A DNA stretch of 64,000 nucleotides, from the NCBI GenBank assembly GCA_965208765.1, contig OZ242354.1, forward strand, positions 2,921,281-2,985,280, written 5' to 3'. Under the pieces are notes generated by a model. That model did not search any database, was not told the origin of the DNA, and was given only the letters and a program-made list of their open reading frames with translations. Below, one piece after another: positions 30,315-41,500 of the stretch. The stretch's first letter is position 1. Each line of letters opens with the position of its first letter. The position numbers were made by a program, and so were the translations under genes. The DNA is from Candidatus Poribacteria bacterium (GTDB taxonomy: Bacteria > Poribacteria > WGA-4E > JAJDTR01).

Positions 30315-31920
30315 TTACTTCACAACGACGATTTTCATACCATCCGCCAACTGTCGATGTCCACTCACAATCACGAAAGTCGAATCTGTTACTCCTTCAA
30401 GAATCGAAATCTTCTCGCCCCAAACAAGCCCGACTTTCACTATCTGTCGGCGTGCTTTTCCATCTTTTGCAACGAAAACGTGTCCGGCTCTATCTTTGAT
30501 GTCCAAAACAACCTCTCGAGGAAGAAGCAGCAAATTCTCAGCCGCCGACAGGTCTATGCCGACTTCCGCAAACATGCCCGGTTTAAGTTGATACTCCGGG
30601 TTTGAAATCTCCGCCTTGATCTTTACGGTGCGGTTATCGGAGTTTACGATGGGACTGATGAAATCAATATTTCCGTCGATTTGCGCTTGGCTGGTGGAAA
30701 TACTTATCGGGGTACCGACCACCAGATTGCCGAGATCTACTTCAGGGGCGGCAAAAACTACCTTGACCACATCCATTTTGACAATCGTAAATATCGGGCT
30801 ACCTCCGGGGCCGCCAGTTAGATAATCGCCGAGATCCGCGTTTCGATTCGCCACGATACCGTTTATAGGGGAGGTTATCGTAGCATCATCATGCCGCTTT
30901 TTGGCAAGATTGACCTGTTCGTTTGCCTGATCGAATTGCGCTTGTGCGGCGGTAATCTCGTTTTCCCAGGCTTTTATTTTGACGAGATTTCGAGCAGTCA
31001 GCAGATTCGATTCTGCCTGCCTGACTTGAGATTCTGCTATTGAAATTTGCGTATTCCAATCCTCGGTTTCCATCGAAACACGGGAGAGTTCCAATGCCGC
31101 TTCAGCCTTAGAGAGTTGGGTTTCCGCGGCGGTGACATCTTCTTTCCGGACGCCTTCTTGCACCAAGCTCAATTGTTCAACTCTGGCTTCATGTTGTGCC
31201 TTGGCGCCGTCAAGTTGTGCTTTGGCGTTGTCCAAATCCCGGTCACTGATTGCGTCTTTCTCGTGGAGTTTCCGCGCTCGATCAAAGTTCGATTTAGCGT
31301 TTTCCAACTTTGCTTGTTCCCCAGAAACAGCCGCTTTTGCCTGTTGAATCTCCTGATTTCTCGCGCCTTTTACGGTTTTTTCGAGGTTCGCTTCGGCAGC
31401 AGTGACACTCGCTGTCGCCTGGTCAAACTGAGATGTCACTTGTGCTTGTGCCAAGGTTTGTGCTTGTTTTAACTGTGCTTTTGCCGCATCAAGCGATGCT
31501 TGTGCGGCTTCCGCTTGAGTTTCAATTTTGATTTGCGCGGTCGCTTTGACTGTTAAGAGTTGTGCTTTCGCCGCTCTTGAGGCTGCTTGTGCCTGTTTCA
31601 AAGCAATGTGTAATTCTCGGGAATCGATCCGTGCGAGAACGTCGCTTTTTTTGACATGATCGCCTTCATTGACCTCCAACGCCACCAGTTTTCCGGGGGT
31701 GTTGGCGTAAATCTCGACCATCGCATCGGCTTCCAGATTTCCGGTATACGTGACTCTCTGTTCAATCTTGCCACGTTGAGGTGTGACAACTCTGACAGGC
31801 TTCGGTTTTGAAACTTCTTGAGCGAAAGTGTAGTCGAAACTCAATCCACCTAACCCCAAACACAATATTACGATAAAGATTCGAAATCTGTATTGTCGCA
31901 CCAATCTCTCCTTGTAACGG
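30315..31920 (-). CDS. RND efflux membrane fusion protein (HlyD/EmrA-like periplasmic adaptor) with a very long coiled-coil hairpin
   Basis: Lipoyl and beta-barrel motifs, and an alanine/glutamine-rich coiled coil of about 250 aa. The true start is probably downstream of the annotated 32045, to avoid overlap with the TolC-like gene. Confidence 0.8.
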
Positions 31921-33399
31921 TTATTGAAGCCTAGTGCTGATTGCGCGCTCCAATCTCGCAACAGCAATGATATAGTCATGAATCGCTTGCAGGCGATTGA
32001 CCTGCGCTTGTGTGTGAGACAATTCAACATCCGTGAGTTCAACACCTGTGATTAGCCCTGCTTTATGCTGGACATTTGCAATACGCAACCCTTCTGCAGC
32101 TTCCTCAACGATACCCTCTTGCACCTCAATCAGTTTTTGTGCCGCTTGAAGGTCAAAAACGGTAGATTTAACCTCAAGTTTTATGCTGTCACGGAGTTGG
32201 TCTTTATTTGTCCGAATCTGATCAAGGTTCACGCGCGCCTGATTGACCTTCGCCTGCGTGGCAAACCCGTCAAAGATAGGAAATTGACTCACCAATCCGA
32301 CACTCCAAGAGGCGTTGAATGGTTGGCGCTCATTACGATTGAAGGTGTACTTGCCAAACGCGGAGAGCGTTGGCTTGTTCCCGGCTTCGGCAACCTTGAC
32401 ATGCTTCTCGCCGATCTGTTCTTGAACCTTGACCTGTTGAAGTTTCGGTCGCCGCTCAAGCGCTGTTGCAATAGCCTCGTCAATATTCACAGTCTTCAGT
32501 TCGGTATGCAGCTTGCCATTGATCGAGATAGACTCGTCAAGCGGCAGTCCGAGTGTCAGTTTGAAGTTTTCTTTGGCAAGTTTCTGCTTGTTGCGTGCTT
32601 GGATTAATTGCGAGCGCGCATTGACAACTTGGACATTTGCTCTGATTACTTCTAACTGTGTGGTGGCACCTGCGGTCTTCTGTTCCTGAGCGCGTTTATA
32701 ACGTTTTTCAACCTGAGCAATCGATCGCTCGGCAACATCAATGAAAGCCTCAACCAGCAACAGCCCGTAGAACGCTTGGCGGACTTGTAGCTCAACATCG
32801 AGATGGACTGCGTCCAGCGCCCGACTAGCTGCTTGCTTTCCCAAGACCGCTTGGCGGTAGGTATTGCGGATTTTGCCCCACGTAAATAGAGGGTACGTCG
32901 TCTGTGCTTGCCCCTGAAGACTGTGTTTGACGCCGAGTTCAAATTCTATTGGCTCCCTGCTAGCGTCGTTCATCTGTTTTTCTAATGAGAATTCTTCAGG
33001 CAGCAGGTCTTCAAAATTCGCCAGAAAGTCCCCATCTAACACGATTTTCGGCAAACTTCCGCTGAACGTGTAGCCTGTGTCCAACATAAGTTGTGGAAGA
33101 AACGCTGCACGGGCTTCTTTGACTTTCTCATTGGCAAGTTCCACATCTTTCTGGCTGATTTGGAACTTGCGATTGTTGCTCAAAGCATAGTTAATGCTCT
33201 GAGCAAGCGTGAAAGTCTTCACAGATTCTTGTGTCGACGCTTCTCCCCAATCGGCGATGGACATTATACCCAAGATTTGAAACAAGACGACGACTCCAAA
33301 TATACGGCATCTCCTAAACATAAACACCTTCCCGAAAAAAACAAGTGGTTTTGCGCGAGATTTAATTTGGATAAAAGTATTTATAGTCACCGCAACCAC
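31921..33399 (-). CDS. TolC-family outer membrane efflux protein
   Basis: Signal peptide plus two repeats of the OEP domain. It is the first gene of the efflux operon on the minus strand. Confidence 0.8.
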   Translation of the reverse strand: MVAVTINTFIQIKSRAKPLVFFGKVFMFRRCRIFGVVVLFQILGIMSIADWGEASTQESVKTFTLAQSINYALSNNRKFQISQKDVELANEKVKEARAAFLPQLMLDTGYTFSGSLPKIVLDGDFLANFEDLLPEEFSLEKQMNDASREPIEFELGVKHSLQGQAQTTYPLFTWGKIRNTYRQAVLGKQAASRALDAVHLDVELQVRQAFYGLLLVEAFIDVAERSIAQVEKRYKRAQEQKTAGATTQLEVIRANVQVVNARSQLIQARNKQKLAKENFKLTLGLPLDESISINGKLHTELKTVNIDEAIATALERRPKLQQVKVQEQIGEKHVKVAEAGNKPTLSAFGKYTFNRNERQPFNASWSVGLVSQFPIFDGFATQAKVNQARVNLDQIRTNKDQLRDSIKLEVKSTVFDLQAAQKLIEVQEGIVEEAAEGLRIANVQHKAGLITGVELTDVELSHTQAQVNRLQAIHDYIIAVARLERAISTRLQ

Positions 33400-34569
33400 G
33401 TGATTGATTCGCTCTTATCCGGCCACTTGATTATTTTCAATCCTTTGGCCCTTACCAAATCAAGTCAATTAATCGTTCGTTTGATTTTTCCGATTTGTTG
33501 ATGGGGTTGATTCCACGCTGGAGGCGTTGGGACATTGCACTCCTACGGAGTGCAGGGCATTGGGCACGTTACATGTTCACGTTACATGTTATTGATATAG
33601 CACTCTTCCAGAGCGCAGAGCGCGCAGATTAGACATTTCATTGGTTTTATAGACAGCGGGATAAGAGCGTAAATTGATGAATTGTCCTTGGTTTTTTATT
33701 GTGCGGATCAGTTATCGTAGGATTAGCTATCAGAATCTACTATCTCCTTCATTTTCGGTCAGCTGATCGTTCGTGTGATAGCGGTTGATGTTGCACCGTA
33801 TTATACAAACAACACCTAAAGTTGACAATTGAAAAGAAAGGTTAAGGCGCGGACCAGGATAATGGACGTCTAATCCAAGGACTATCCAGATTTACGAACC
33901 GATTTAACCGACCGAATAAGTAGGATGATAGAATCCCCGCAATTTCATCATCGGTACCTGACGGCCAAGGCTAGCGCCTATCAAGAAGGCAGCCTAACCG
34001 CGGCATGCTGGAAGACACGCTACTACATCGACCCGCTGCTCCGTGATGGGTCAGAGCTGCTTGAAGCCACGCAGGCACTGGTGACAAATTGCACAGTCAT
34101 GTCATCGACTGTTAGACTTCGCTTTCCGTGAGGATGCATCTCGAATTCGTGAAGAGAACCGTTTTTACGAATTTCCTTTCTGCATGTTTCCGCCACTCCA
34201 AGACGCGTAATGAACGAAGCCCTATCGTCTCAAGATGTCTGTAGGGGATCCAGAGCGGGAACTCATATCCGGTCGGTCGTGCCTTCTTTAGTCCGTCAGC
34301 CGATCATCCGGTTGATTGCTACCACGAACCCTCGGTGCTTGAAACTTAGCGGTACGAAATAGCATTAGACGCGACTGCCCTAGGATGCGCCGGGATTTGC
34401 ATTTACATTCCTCAAGAACCTAGTCTATAATATCGGCACAAAAGCCGTGAATTTAGGTTGCACCCAGCGGCTCAAAGTTGCGGGCAAAAACCAATTGGCG
34501 GAGCACTCAATTCGGCATTTGAAGTCACTCATAACGAACCGGATTTTCGTTTAATGGGAGATCACACCA

Positions 34570-34944
34570 GTGGGATACGAATTTCATCATGTACACCTTC
34601 GTTGCGAAGATTTAGATGCGGCTGTCGGCTTTTATGAGAATGTGCTTGACGGAAAGATCACAGAACGTGTGGCGCTTGGCGGTATGCCCATAGTTCGCAT
34701 GGAAGTTGGCGGTCAGAGGCTTTTTCTTTCACCCAAGTTTGGCGATATTGATGTCGAAGCCGCTAGCGGAAAAGCGCGTTGGGGCGTTTATCAACTTGCG
34801 TTTCTCGTCGATGATATTGATGCCGCGGTTGAGGAACTCAAAGCAAGAGGAGCACAAGCTCAAAATATCAAACCGTCCGGAAATCCAATCGCCTTTTTCT
34901 CGGGTCCCGACAGTGTGCAGATCGAATTGATGCAGCGGTCTTAG
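34570..34944 (+). CDS. VOC-family (glyoxalase/bleomycin-resistance/dioxygenase) protein
   Basis: FHHVHLRCEDLDAAVGFYENVLDG and the paired beta-alpha-beta-beta-beta modules. 124 aa. Confidence 0.7.
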   Translation: MGYEFHHVHLRCEDLDAAVGFYENVLDGKITERVALGGMPIVRMEVGGQRLFLSPKFGDIDVEAASGKARWGVYQLAFLVDDIDAAVEELKARGAQAQNIKPSGNPIAFFSGPDSVQIELMQRS

Positions 34945-34961
34945 CTCGAATTTGTACTTGT

Positions 34962-34983
34962 GTAGGGTGGGCACTGCCCACCA
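34962..34983 (+). terminator. REP-like perfect hairpin GTAGGGTGGGCA/CTGCCCACC at the 3' end of the VOC gene
   Basis: An 8-bp GC-rich stem, GGTGGGCA with CTGCCCACC. A second hairpin, GGTGCGCAGTGTGCACC, follows at 34994-35010. Confidence 0.5.
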
Positions 34984-35157
34984 TTCCTTGTAAGGTGCGC
35001 AGTGTGCACCGTACAGCCTGTGTTCTCAAACAGGTTCTTAAAGTTTATGCGATAGAAGGGACCTTGAACTTTCTCCACGTTCAATCTCTTTGAATTGGGA
35101 ATGTCTTTTTAACGCAGATTTCCACACCCTAACCGTGGAGGGTATGCTTGGCTCCAC

Positions 35158-35838
35158 ATGAAATTCAGTGAACTCTTCTACACCATTCAGGGCGAAGGGA
35201 AACTTGTCGGCGTCCCGTCCGTATTTTTCAGGACCAGCTACTGCAACCTGAGGTGTATTTGGTGCGACACTCCGTATACGAGTTGGGCGCCGGAGGATAA
35301 AGACATAACTGTCGCAGAAGCAGTCAAGGCAATCGCGAAGTTCGGGTGCAGTCACGTCGTGATCACGGGCGGTGAACCGTTTGTCCAAACAAAGGAATTG
35401 ACCCGGCTGTGCCAAGAACTGAATCAACGGGGACATCACATCACCGTGGAAACGAATGCAACCGTCTATGCGCCGATTGCAGCCGACCTGATTTCAATGA
35501 GCCCGAAACTCCGAAACTCCAACCCTGATCCCGACAATCGGTTCTTTAAGCTTCATGAACGTGAGCGTATCTGTCCCGATGTCATACGCCAGTTCCTCGG
35601 TCAGAACGAATGCCAAGTCAAGTTCGTTGTTGATTGTCCCGAAGACCTTGAGGAAATCAAGACCTTGCAAGCCGAAATCCCCATTCCGCCGGAGGTTATC
35701 ATACTCATGCCTCAAGGGGTAACTCCCGAAGAATTACAGCCCAAACAGGAATGGCTAGTGGAGATTTGCAAAGAGGAAGGATACCGCTATTCGCCACGGG
35801 TACACGTGGACATTTGGGGGAGCAAGCGCGGCGTGTAA
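35158..35838 (+). CDS. queE: 7-carboxy-7-deazaguanine synthase QueE (radical SAM)
   Basis: GEGKLVGVPSVFFRTSYCNLRCIWCDTPYTSW carries the QueE CxxxCxxC, and ITGGEP is present. Confidence 0.85.
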   Translation: MKFSELFYTIQGEGKLVGVPSVFFRTSYCNLRCIWCDTPYTSWAPEDKDITVAEAVKAIAKFGCSHVVITGGEPFVQTKELTRLCQELNQRGHHITVETNATVYAPIAADLISMSPKLRNSNPDPDNRFFKLHERERICPDVIRQFLGQNECQVKFVVDCPEDLEEIKTLQAEIPIPPEVIILMPQGVTPEELQPKQEWLVEICKEEGYRYSPRVHVDIWGSKRGV

Positions 35839-35897
35839 CACTGGAAGCGAATTTTAGCCGGTCGGCTCGAATTAACAATCCGAGGAAGCTGCGATAT

Positions 35898-36290
35898 ATG
35901 GCAGAGCTCAATAAGCTGAAGGGATGTTATCGACGGGTATTGCTTTTCTTGTTTGCGATTGCCGCCATCCTTCTAGCGGCAGGTTTTATCTTTTACCAGC
36001 AGGTTGGCGGAATTGAAGGCTCGCGATACTGGATGGCGGGACGGGCACTAGGCAAGGTGGAAGAACATCTGCTAAAAAATCGCCCCGACGGCGTCTCAAG
36101 AGCAGATGTCGAAAGCCAGTTTGAAACGGTGCGAAACGCCAATACCGAGTGGCGTGTTGGCCTCGTGGAACTTCATCGTGCTCTCAAGGACTATCAAGAC
36201 CGATTTCAGAATACGAAGCCTTCAACTCCCGAGACAGTGCAATTCCTCATGAATCTTGAAGCTACGGTTCTGACCGAAACAAGCAATTAA
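35898..36290 (+). CDS. Hypothetical N-terminally membrane-anchored protein
   Basis: MAELNKLKGCYRRVLLFLFAIAAILLAAGFIF: a single TM helix followed by a soluble domain of about 95 aa. Confidence 0.4.
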   Translation: MAELNKLKGCYRRVLLFLFAIAAILLAAGFIFYQQVGGIEGSRYWMAGRALGKVEEHLLKNRPDGVSRADVESQFETVRNANTEWRVGLVELHRALKDYQDRFQNTKPSTPETVQFLMNLEATVLTETSN

Positions 36291-36365
36291 TCTTGATTAT
36301 TACGTCTCAAACTGTTTGGCTGTGTTCCCTCAATCTCGCGAAAATTGCGACATGGTTAAAGTTTC

Positions 36366-37082
36366 TTGATCGACATAATCCTACACGCCGCATCACGCTG
36401 GTTTGGCGAAGGACCGCTAACTCGACAGGATTTTCGGCAGATTTCCCACTTTTATTCCTCCCTACCCCAAACCGCACGAATGCAGGTGTGGGCACGCCTG
36501 ATTTGCCTGCAACCCGTAATGAGAGCAATTGAGCAACACGTCCCTCATTCCGCCGAGCGGTTGGTTGATTTGGGGAGTGGATACGGACTGGTGAGCGCCC
36601 TAACTGCGCTGCGGCGGGAGAGCACGGTTTTGGGGATTGAAGCCTCGTCCTCAAGACTTGCGATTGCCCGGCAAGCCACAACCGGACATATCCCGCAAGT
36701 CTCCTTTCAGCAGGGGGATATCGCTCAAATCTCTCCTCCCCCAAGCGACGCCATCCTGTTAATCGATGTTCTATGTCTCTTCGCGGGTGACGCCCAAGCG
36801 CATGTTCTGTCAAATTGCGCGAATGCGCTCAGTCCGGATGGTGTTCTGCTTATCAAGGACAATACGACGACCCCGGGGTGGAAGTACCGATACACACATC
36901 TGGAGGAGAGAGTCAAGCTGTGGATAGGGACGTACGGGGTCAGAGCACAGATGCAGCCGAACTATCGCGCTCCCGAGGCGTGGCGGCGGCTTATCACGAA
37001 TGCAAACCTGAGAATTGAAGAGGAATGTTTTATCAAATCGATTGCCCCCTATCCCGGGGTAATCTATCTCTGCCGAAAATAG
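36366..37082 (+). CDS. Class I SAM-dependent methyltransferase
   Basis: Motif I LVDLGSGYGLVSAL and motif II LLIDVLCLF. Confidence 0.65.
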   Translation: MIDIILHAASRWFGEGPLTRQDFRQISHFYSSLPQTARMQVWARLICLQPVMRAIEQHVPHSAERLVDLGSGYGLVSALTALRRESTVLGIEASSSRLAIARQATTGHIPQVSFQQGDIAQISPPPSDAILLIDVLCLFAGDAQAHVLSNCANALSPDGVLLIKDNTTTPGWKYRYTHLEERVKLWIGTYGVRAQMQPNYRAPEAWRRLITNANLRIEEECFIKSIAPYPGVIYLCRK

Positions 37083-37085
37083 CAT

Positions 37086-38189
37086 CTACGCTGTGGTCTC
37101 GGCATCATGATATTGCCTCACGAACTCCCGAATCTGTCGAGAAGCCGAATCCTCGCTCAACTGGGAGTTCACGAGAATCTCCAACGCCCGCGTTAATCGA
37201 GCCTCCGTATCTCCCCACGCTCTGAGCAACGCCCTGTTCTCCTCCTGTTCCGGTTGAGCCGCGCCCGCCAACAACCGATACACAATCGAAAGATAGAAGA
37301 GGATATTGTGATAATCTAGCTGCGTGAAAATATCTTCCTCGGAGCATCCCGACCGGTAGGTGATAGCCCGGTTTGCGTAAGCGCGGACTACATCCCGATT
37401 CAGCAAGTTGACGAAGTTTCCACCCTCGCGGTTCGCACCCAGGCTATTAAAGAACTGAACGATCCGCCTTTCACTCCAATCCCACCCGATACTCCCGAAA
37501 TCGACGAAGGAGATGCCGTCCGTATCCACCACGATGTTGCGTGCGTTATAGTCGAGCGTCCCTAACGTAGCTGAATCTCTACGGATGGCCTGCGTGAAGT
37601 TCGACCAGAGCTTGTCAAGATCCGATGGTGACGGTTCGCCGCTTGATCTTGCGAGATATTCCATCGTTTTTCGACCTCGGTCTAGCATCTCGTCCATCGT
37701 CTTACGGAGATAGGTCGGATAGTCCAGCGAGTACACATACCGCGCGAAATCAGCACGCAGATTGACGAAGCTTTTCTCTATTCGATAGAACTCTCCCAGA
37801 GCGCCAGTTATCGTTTCCTTCAGAGACTCAAGCGGGGTTGTTTGAGCCAGATCGTCGAGCGTCGATTCGCCGCGCCACTCCAACAACAGGCAGAAATCGG
37901 GACCCGACTGCCATATAACCTTTGGTACGCTGCAGCCAGTCTCGCTCAGCGTCGAGAGAGCAAACGACTCAACTTCGAATGGCGTAAACGCCGAATCACC
38001 GATCGGACGTGTGATAAAATGCTGCTTGAGCACATAACTCTGTCCGTCAACCATCACCCGCCAGAGGTTGTTTCTTTCGACACTGCCGTGCTTAATCGGG
38101 ACGACGTGCAGGCAGTCTGGCGACGTACGAAATCGATTCGCAATCTTAGGAATAATATGGGATAGTTCAGGAATCATAGAGATTGGCAC
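37086..38189 (-). CDS. Protein-kinase-like phosphotransferase (APH/choline-kinase family)
   Basis: Brenner motif LDYNARNIVVD and DFGSIGWDW. A nucleotide-binding lobe with YVLKQHF. Confidence 0.65.
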   Translation of the reverse strand: MPISMIPELSHIIPKIANRFRTSPDCLHVVPIKHGSVERNNLWRVMVDGQSYVLKQHFITRPIGDSAFTPFEVESFALSTLSETGCSVPKVIWQSGPDFCLLLEWRGESTLDDLAQTTPLESLKETITGALGEFYRIEKSFVNLRADFARYVYSLDYPTYLRKTMDEMLDRGRKTMEYLARSSGEPSPSDLDKLWSNFTQAIRRDSATLGTLDYNARNIVVDTDGISFVDFGSIGWDWSERRIVQFFNSLGANREGGNFVNLLNRDVVRAYANRAITYRSGCSEEDIFTQLDYHNILFYLSIVYRLLAGAAQPEQEENRALLRAWGDTEARLTRALEILVNSQLSEDSASRQIREFVRQYHDAETTA

Positions 38190-38322
38190 CCGGGCAGTCA
38201 GCTTTGCGTGGAACAGTATACCGTAAGTCAGTCAATCGTTCCAACCCTATCGTGTTCCATCGAGCCGAACCGCATCTGATTCATTGGATTAAGCGACCGA
38301 ATCGGGCACGAGATAGAATAAT

Positions 38323-38382
38323 GTAGGGTGGGATCAAGTGAATGGATAATGAGCGCGATAGGACTCTCCTGCCCACCATCCT
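38323..38382 (+). repeat. REP-like hairpin carrying a shortened MITE insert
   Basis: GTAGGGTGGG, then ATCAAGTGAATGGATAATGAGCGCGATAGGACTCTCC, then TGCCCACC. Confidence 0.55.
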
Positions 38383-38520
38383 TCCATGCTTCCACCCTTC
38401 TAACCTTCCGCGTCCACCGCGATTCGATGCGATTGCACGCGCCGCATGTATTGCCTGTCGCATCCGAGTCACCAATGTGATATAATAACACCCTAATTCT
38501 CGTCAATCCGGGGGCATCAC

Positions 38521-41500
38521 GTGTCAAGAATCAAACCTATCGTCTGGCTAATTTTCCTTTTGTCCGGGGCAAGCGGCCTCGTTTATGAAGTCGTCTGGAC
38601 ACGCCAACTCACACTCGTTTTCGGTAGCACAGTGTTTGCGACAAGCACGGTGTTGACGGCGTTTATGGGAGGCTTGGCGCTCGGAAGCTATTATTTCGGG
38701 CGCATGGCAGACCGCGAAAGGCGCCCATTGCGACTGTATGCCATCCTCGAAGCGGGAATCGGTGGCTTCGCATTAATCTGGCCCCTACTCTTAAGCGTGT
38801 TGAACGCCATCTACATTCTCGCGTATCGCGGTCTCGGAGCCGAATTTTACGCCCTGTCGCTGATCCGATTCGCGCTTTCGTTCCTCGTTCTGCTCCTTCC
38901 ATCAACCCTGATGGGTGGAACACTCCCCATCCTGAGCCGTTTCTTCGTGAACCGATTGGAGAGACTCGGTCTCAATGTCGGGGCGCTCTACGCGTTGAAC
39001 ACCTTCGGCGCTGTCGTCGGCTGTATCGCGGCGGGGTTCTTCCTCATCCAGTATTTGGGAGTTCAAGCGTCGATTTATCTTGCCGCGGGGATCAATTTCG
39101 CAGTCGCCGTTATCGCGTTTCTGCTAGATAGAATGAGCGTGCAAAACACGGAAAATGGCGAAGTTGAAACCCGAGAAACGCAATCTGCGTCTGATCCAGC
39201 ACCGGTTAATACGGCTTCTGATCCGGTTTTTCGTCTCGTCCTATGGGCTTTCGCTGTATCCGGGTTCTGTGCGCTCTCCTACGAAGTTTTCTGGACTCGC
39301 ATCCTGGTCTTTTTCCTCGGTAGTACGACCTATGCTTTCTCGACGATGCTGGCGGCTTTCCTTTTCGGAATCGCGCTGGGGAGTTTTATCTTCGCGTGGG
39401 TTGCCGACCGACTGAAATCGCTCGTCAACCTGCTGGGTCTGGTTCAGATCGGGATCGGACTCGCCGCAGTGGCGCTGATACCCGCCTTCGGAGGACTTTA
39501 CGGCATCAGCAGCACGCTCCAATCCATGTTCGGAGGAGGGCGGTTTTGGGCATTTTTCGCCTGCGTCATCGTGATGAGCCTACCGACACTGTTGATGGGG
39601 ATTAGTTTTCCACTCGTCGCTCGCATCTACACGGTTAACGCTGCTAAACTCGGGCGAAGCATCGGGAACGTCTACGCGCTCAACACCGTCGGATCCATCC
39701 TTGGCGCCTTCTGCGCGGGGTTCATCTTTATTCCCTTAATCGGTATTCGCCCGGGCATTGTCCTGATGGCGGCGCTCAACCTCATTGTCGGATGCGTTCT
39801 AATCTTTCGGAACGAAAATCGGTCTCGGTTCTTCAACGGCGCGGCAGTGGGCGGTACGATTGTGACCGCCGGAATAGCCGTAATCATTCTTTTCGCGGCG
39901 AACAAGCCGCTCTTCCTTAAAAGCGCCATCTTTCGCACACAGCGACCCGGTGACACCATCATTGACTACAAGGAGGAGGTTGACGCAACCGTCACCACGC
40001 TCAAGGACGATGAAGATGTGTACCGGCTATATGTGGATACGAATCAGGCAGCCGACGCTTCCCGTTGGGATTCGCCGTCGCACCGTGTCATTGCTCATCT
40101 CCCGCTGCTGCTGCATCCGAATCCGAAACGGGCGCTTGTGGTCGGGTTTGGCATGGGCGTGACCTCCTACTCGATTACGCAGCACGGCGTCCGTGTTGAT
40201 GCCGTGGAAATATCGAAAGGGGTGGTTGACTCCGCGCGGGCGCATTTCAGCCATGTCAACCACGATGTTCTGGATAATCCGCTGTTCAGCCACTTTATCA
40301 ATGATGGGCGAAACTACATCCTGATGACCCGGCAGAAATACGACATGATTTCGACCGGAATCATCCACCCACTAGTTAGCGCGGGAAGCTCAAACATCTA
40401 CACCGCGGATTTTTATCGCCTTTGTCGGCGGATCCTGACGGACGACGGAATCATGTGTCAATGGGTGCCGCTGCACCGCGTCCCCGAAGGGCACTATAAA
40501 ACGATCGTGAGGACATTCGTCAAGGTGTTTCCGCACACGACGCTCTGGTACAAGTATACTCCGGACTTCGTTATCCTTATCGGCACGCCTCACCCGCTCA
40601 GGATTAACTACGAAGACTTTCTGGCGCGCGCAGAAATTCCAAGCATCCGCGAAGGACTTGCGCACGACGATTTGGACAGCATGTCACTGCTCGACTCGTT
40701 CATGATGGGCGAGAAACGAGTGCTTGAATACGTCGGGGACGGTCCTATCCATACTGACAACCGCCCGCATCTGGAATTCTTCCGTGCGCAAGACCTTGCA
40801 AATACAACACCCGTCAACATTGTAGGAATGACGAAACACCGTGAACGGGTGACAGCCTATTTGGATAACTACGGTCGCACCATTGACCAGAAAAAAGAGA
40901 TCAGAGGACAAATTCGTCAGTATTTCGATGCCACCGAGAAGCTGATTCAGGGACAGATTGAGTACGCCAAAGGAGACTACGACCGAGCGGTCGGTTTGCT
41001 TAATCAAGCGACCGCCATCAATCCGGACGATGAAACGATTCACTACAACCTCCGAGTTGTCGCGGACCTATTTAACGAGGAATACCAAGGAGAGCTCAAG
41101 CAGCTTGAGCAGCTCGTGAAACAGGCGCAGCAAAAGGATCCCAAAGACGCTGAAGGCTATCTTCAACTGGCGGTCATCTATGAAGGTCAGGGCAAGCTGG
41201 AGGAGGCAGCCGAAGCCTTGGAGCAGGCTATCGATATCGAGCCGGCTAAGGTGCAATTCTATCTGCTGCTAGGACCGATCTATGAACGCCAAGAGCGCTT
41301 TGACGAGGCATTACGCACCTACCGGCGGCTTGAAAAGGTGGATCCAAATCTGCCCGCACCGATTTTGCAGGCGATGGCGTTCATTCAACATCAAAAGAAG
41401 GAGCACGACGACGCGCTGAAACACGCCAAAAGGGCGTTGGAGGCGGACGCAACTTCATGGCGCACCCACTATCTCTTGGGCAGCATTTATGCCGCCAAAG

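Noticed and set aside
35040-35157. A preQ1 riboswitch upstream of queE
   Set aside because: There is a short hairpin, CCCTAACCGTGGAGGG. However, I could not match the preQ1-I or preQ1-II consensus, including the conserved loop and the A-rich tail pairing, by eye. This needs a covariance-model scan.
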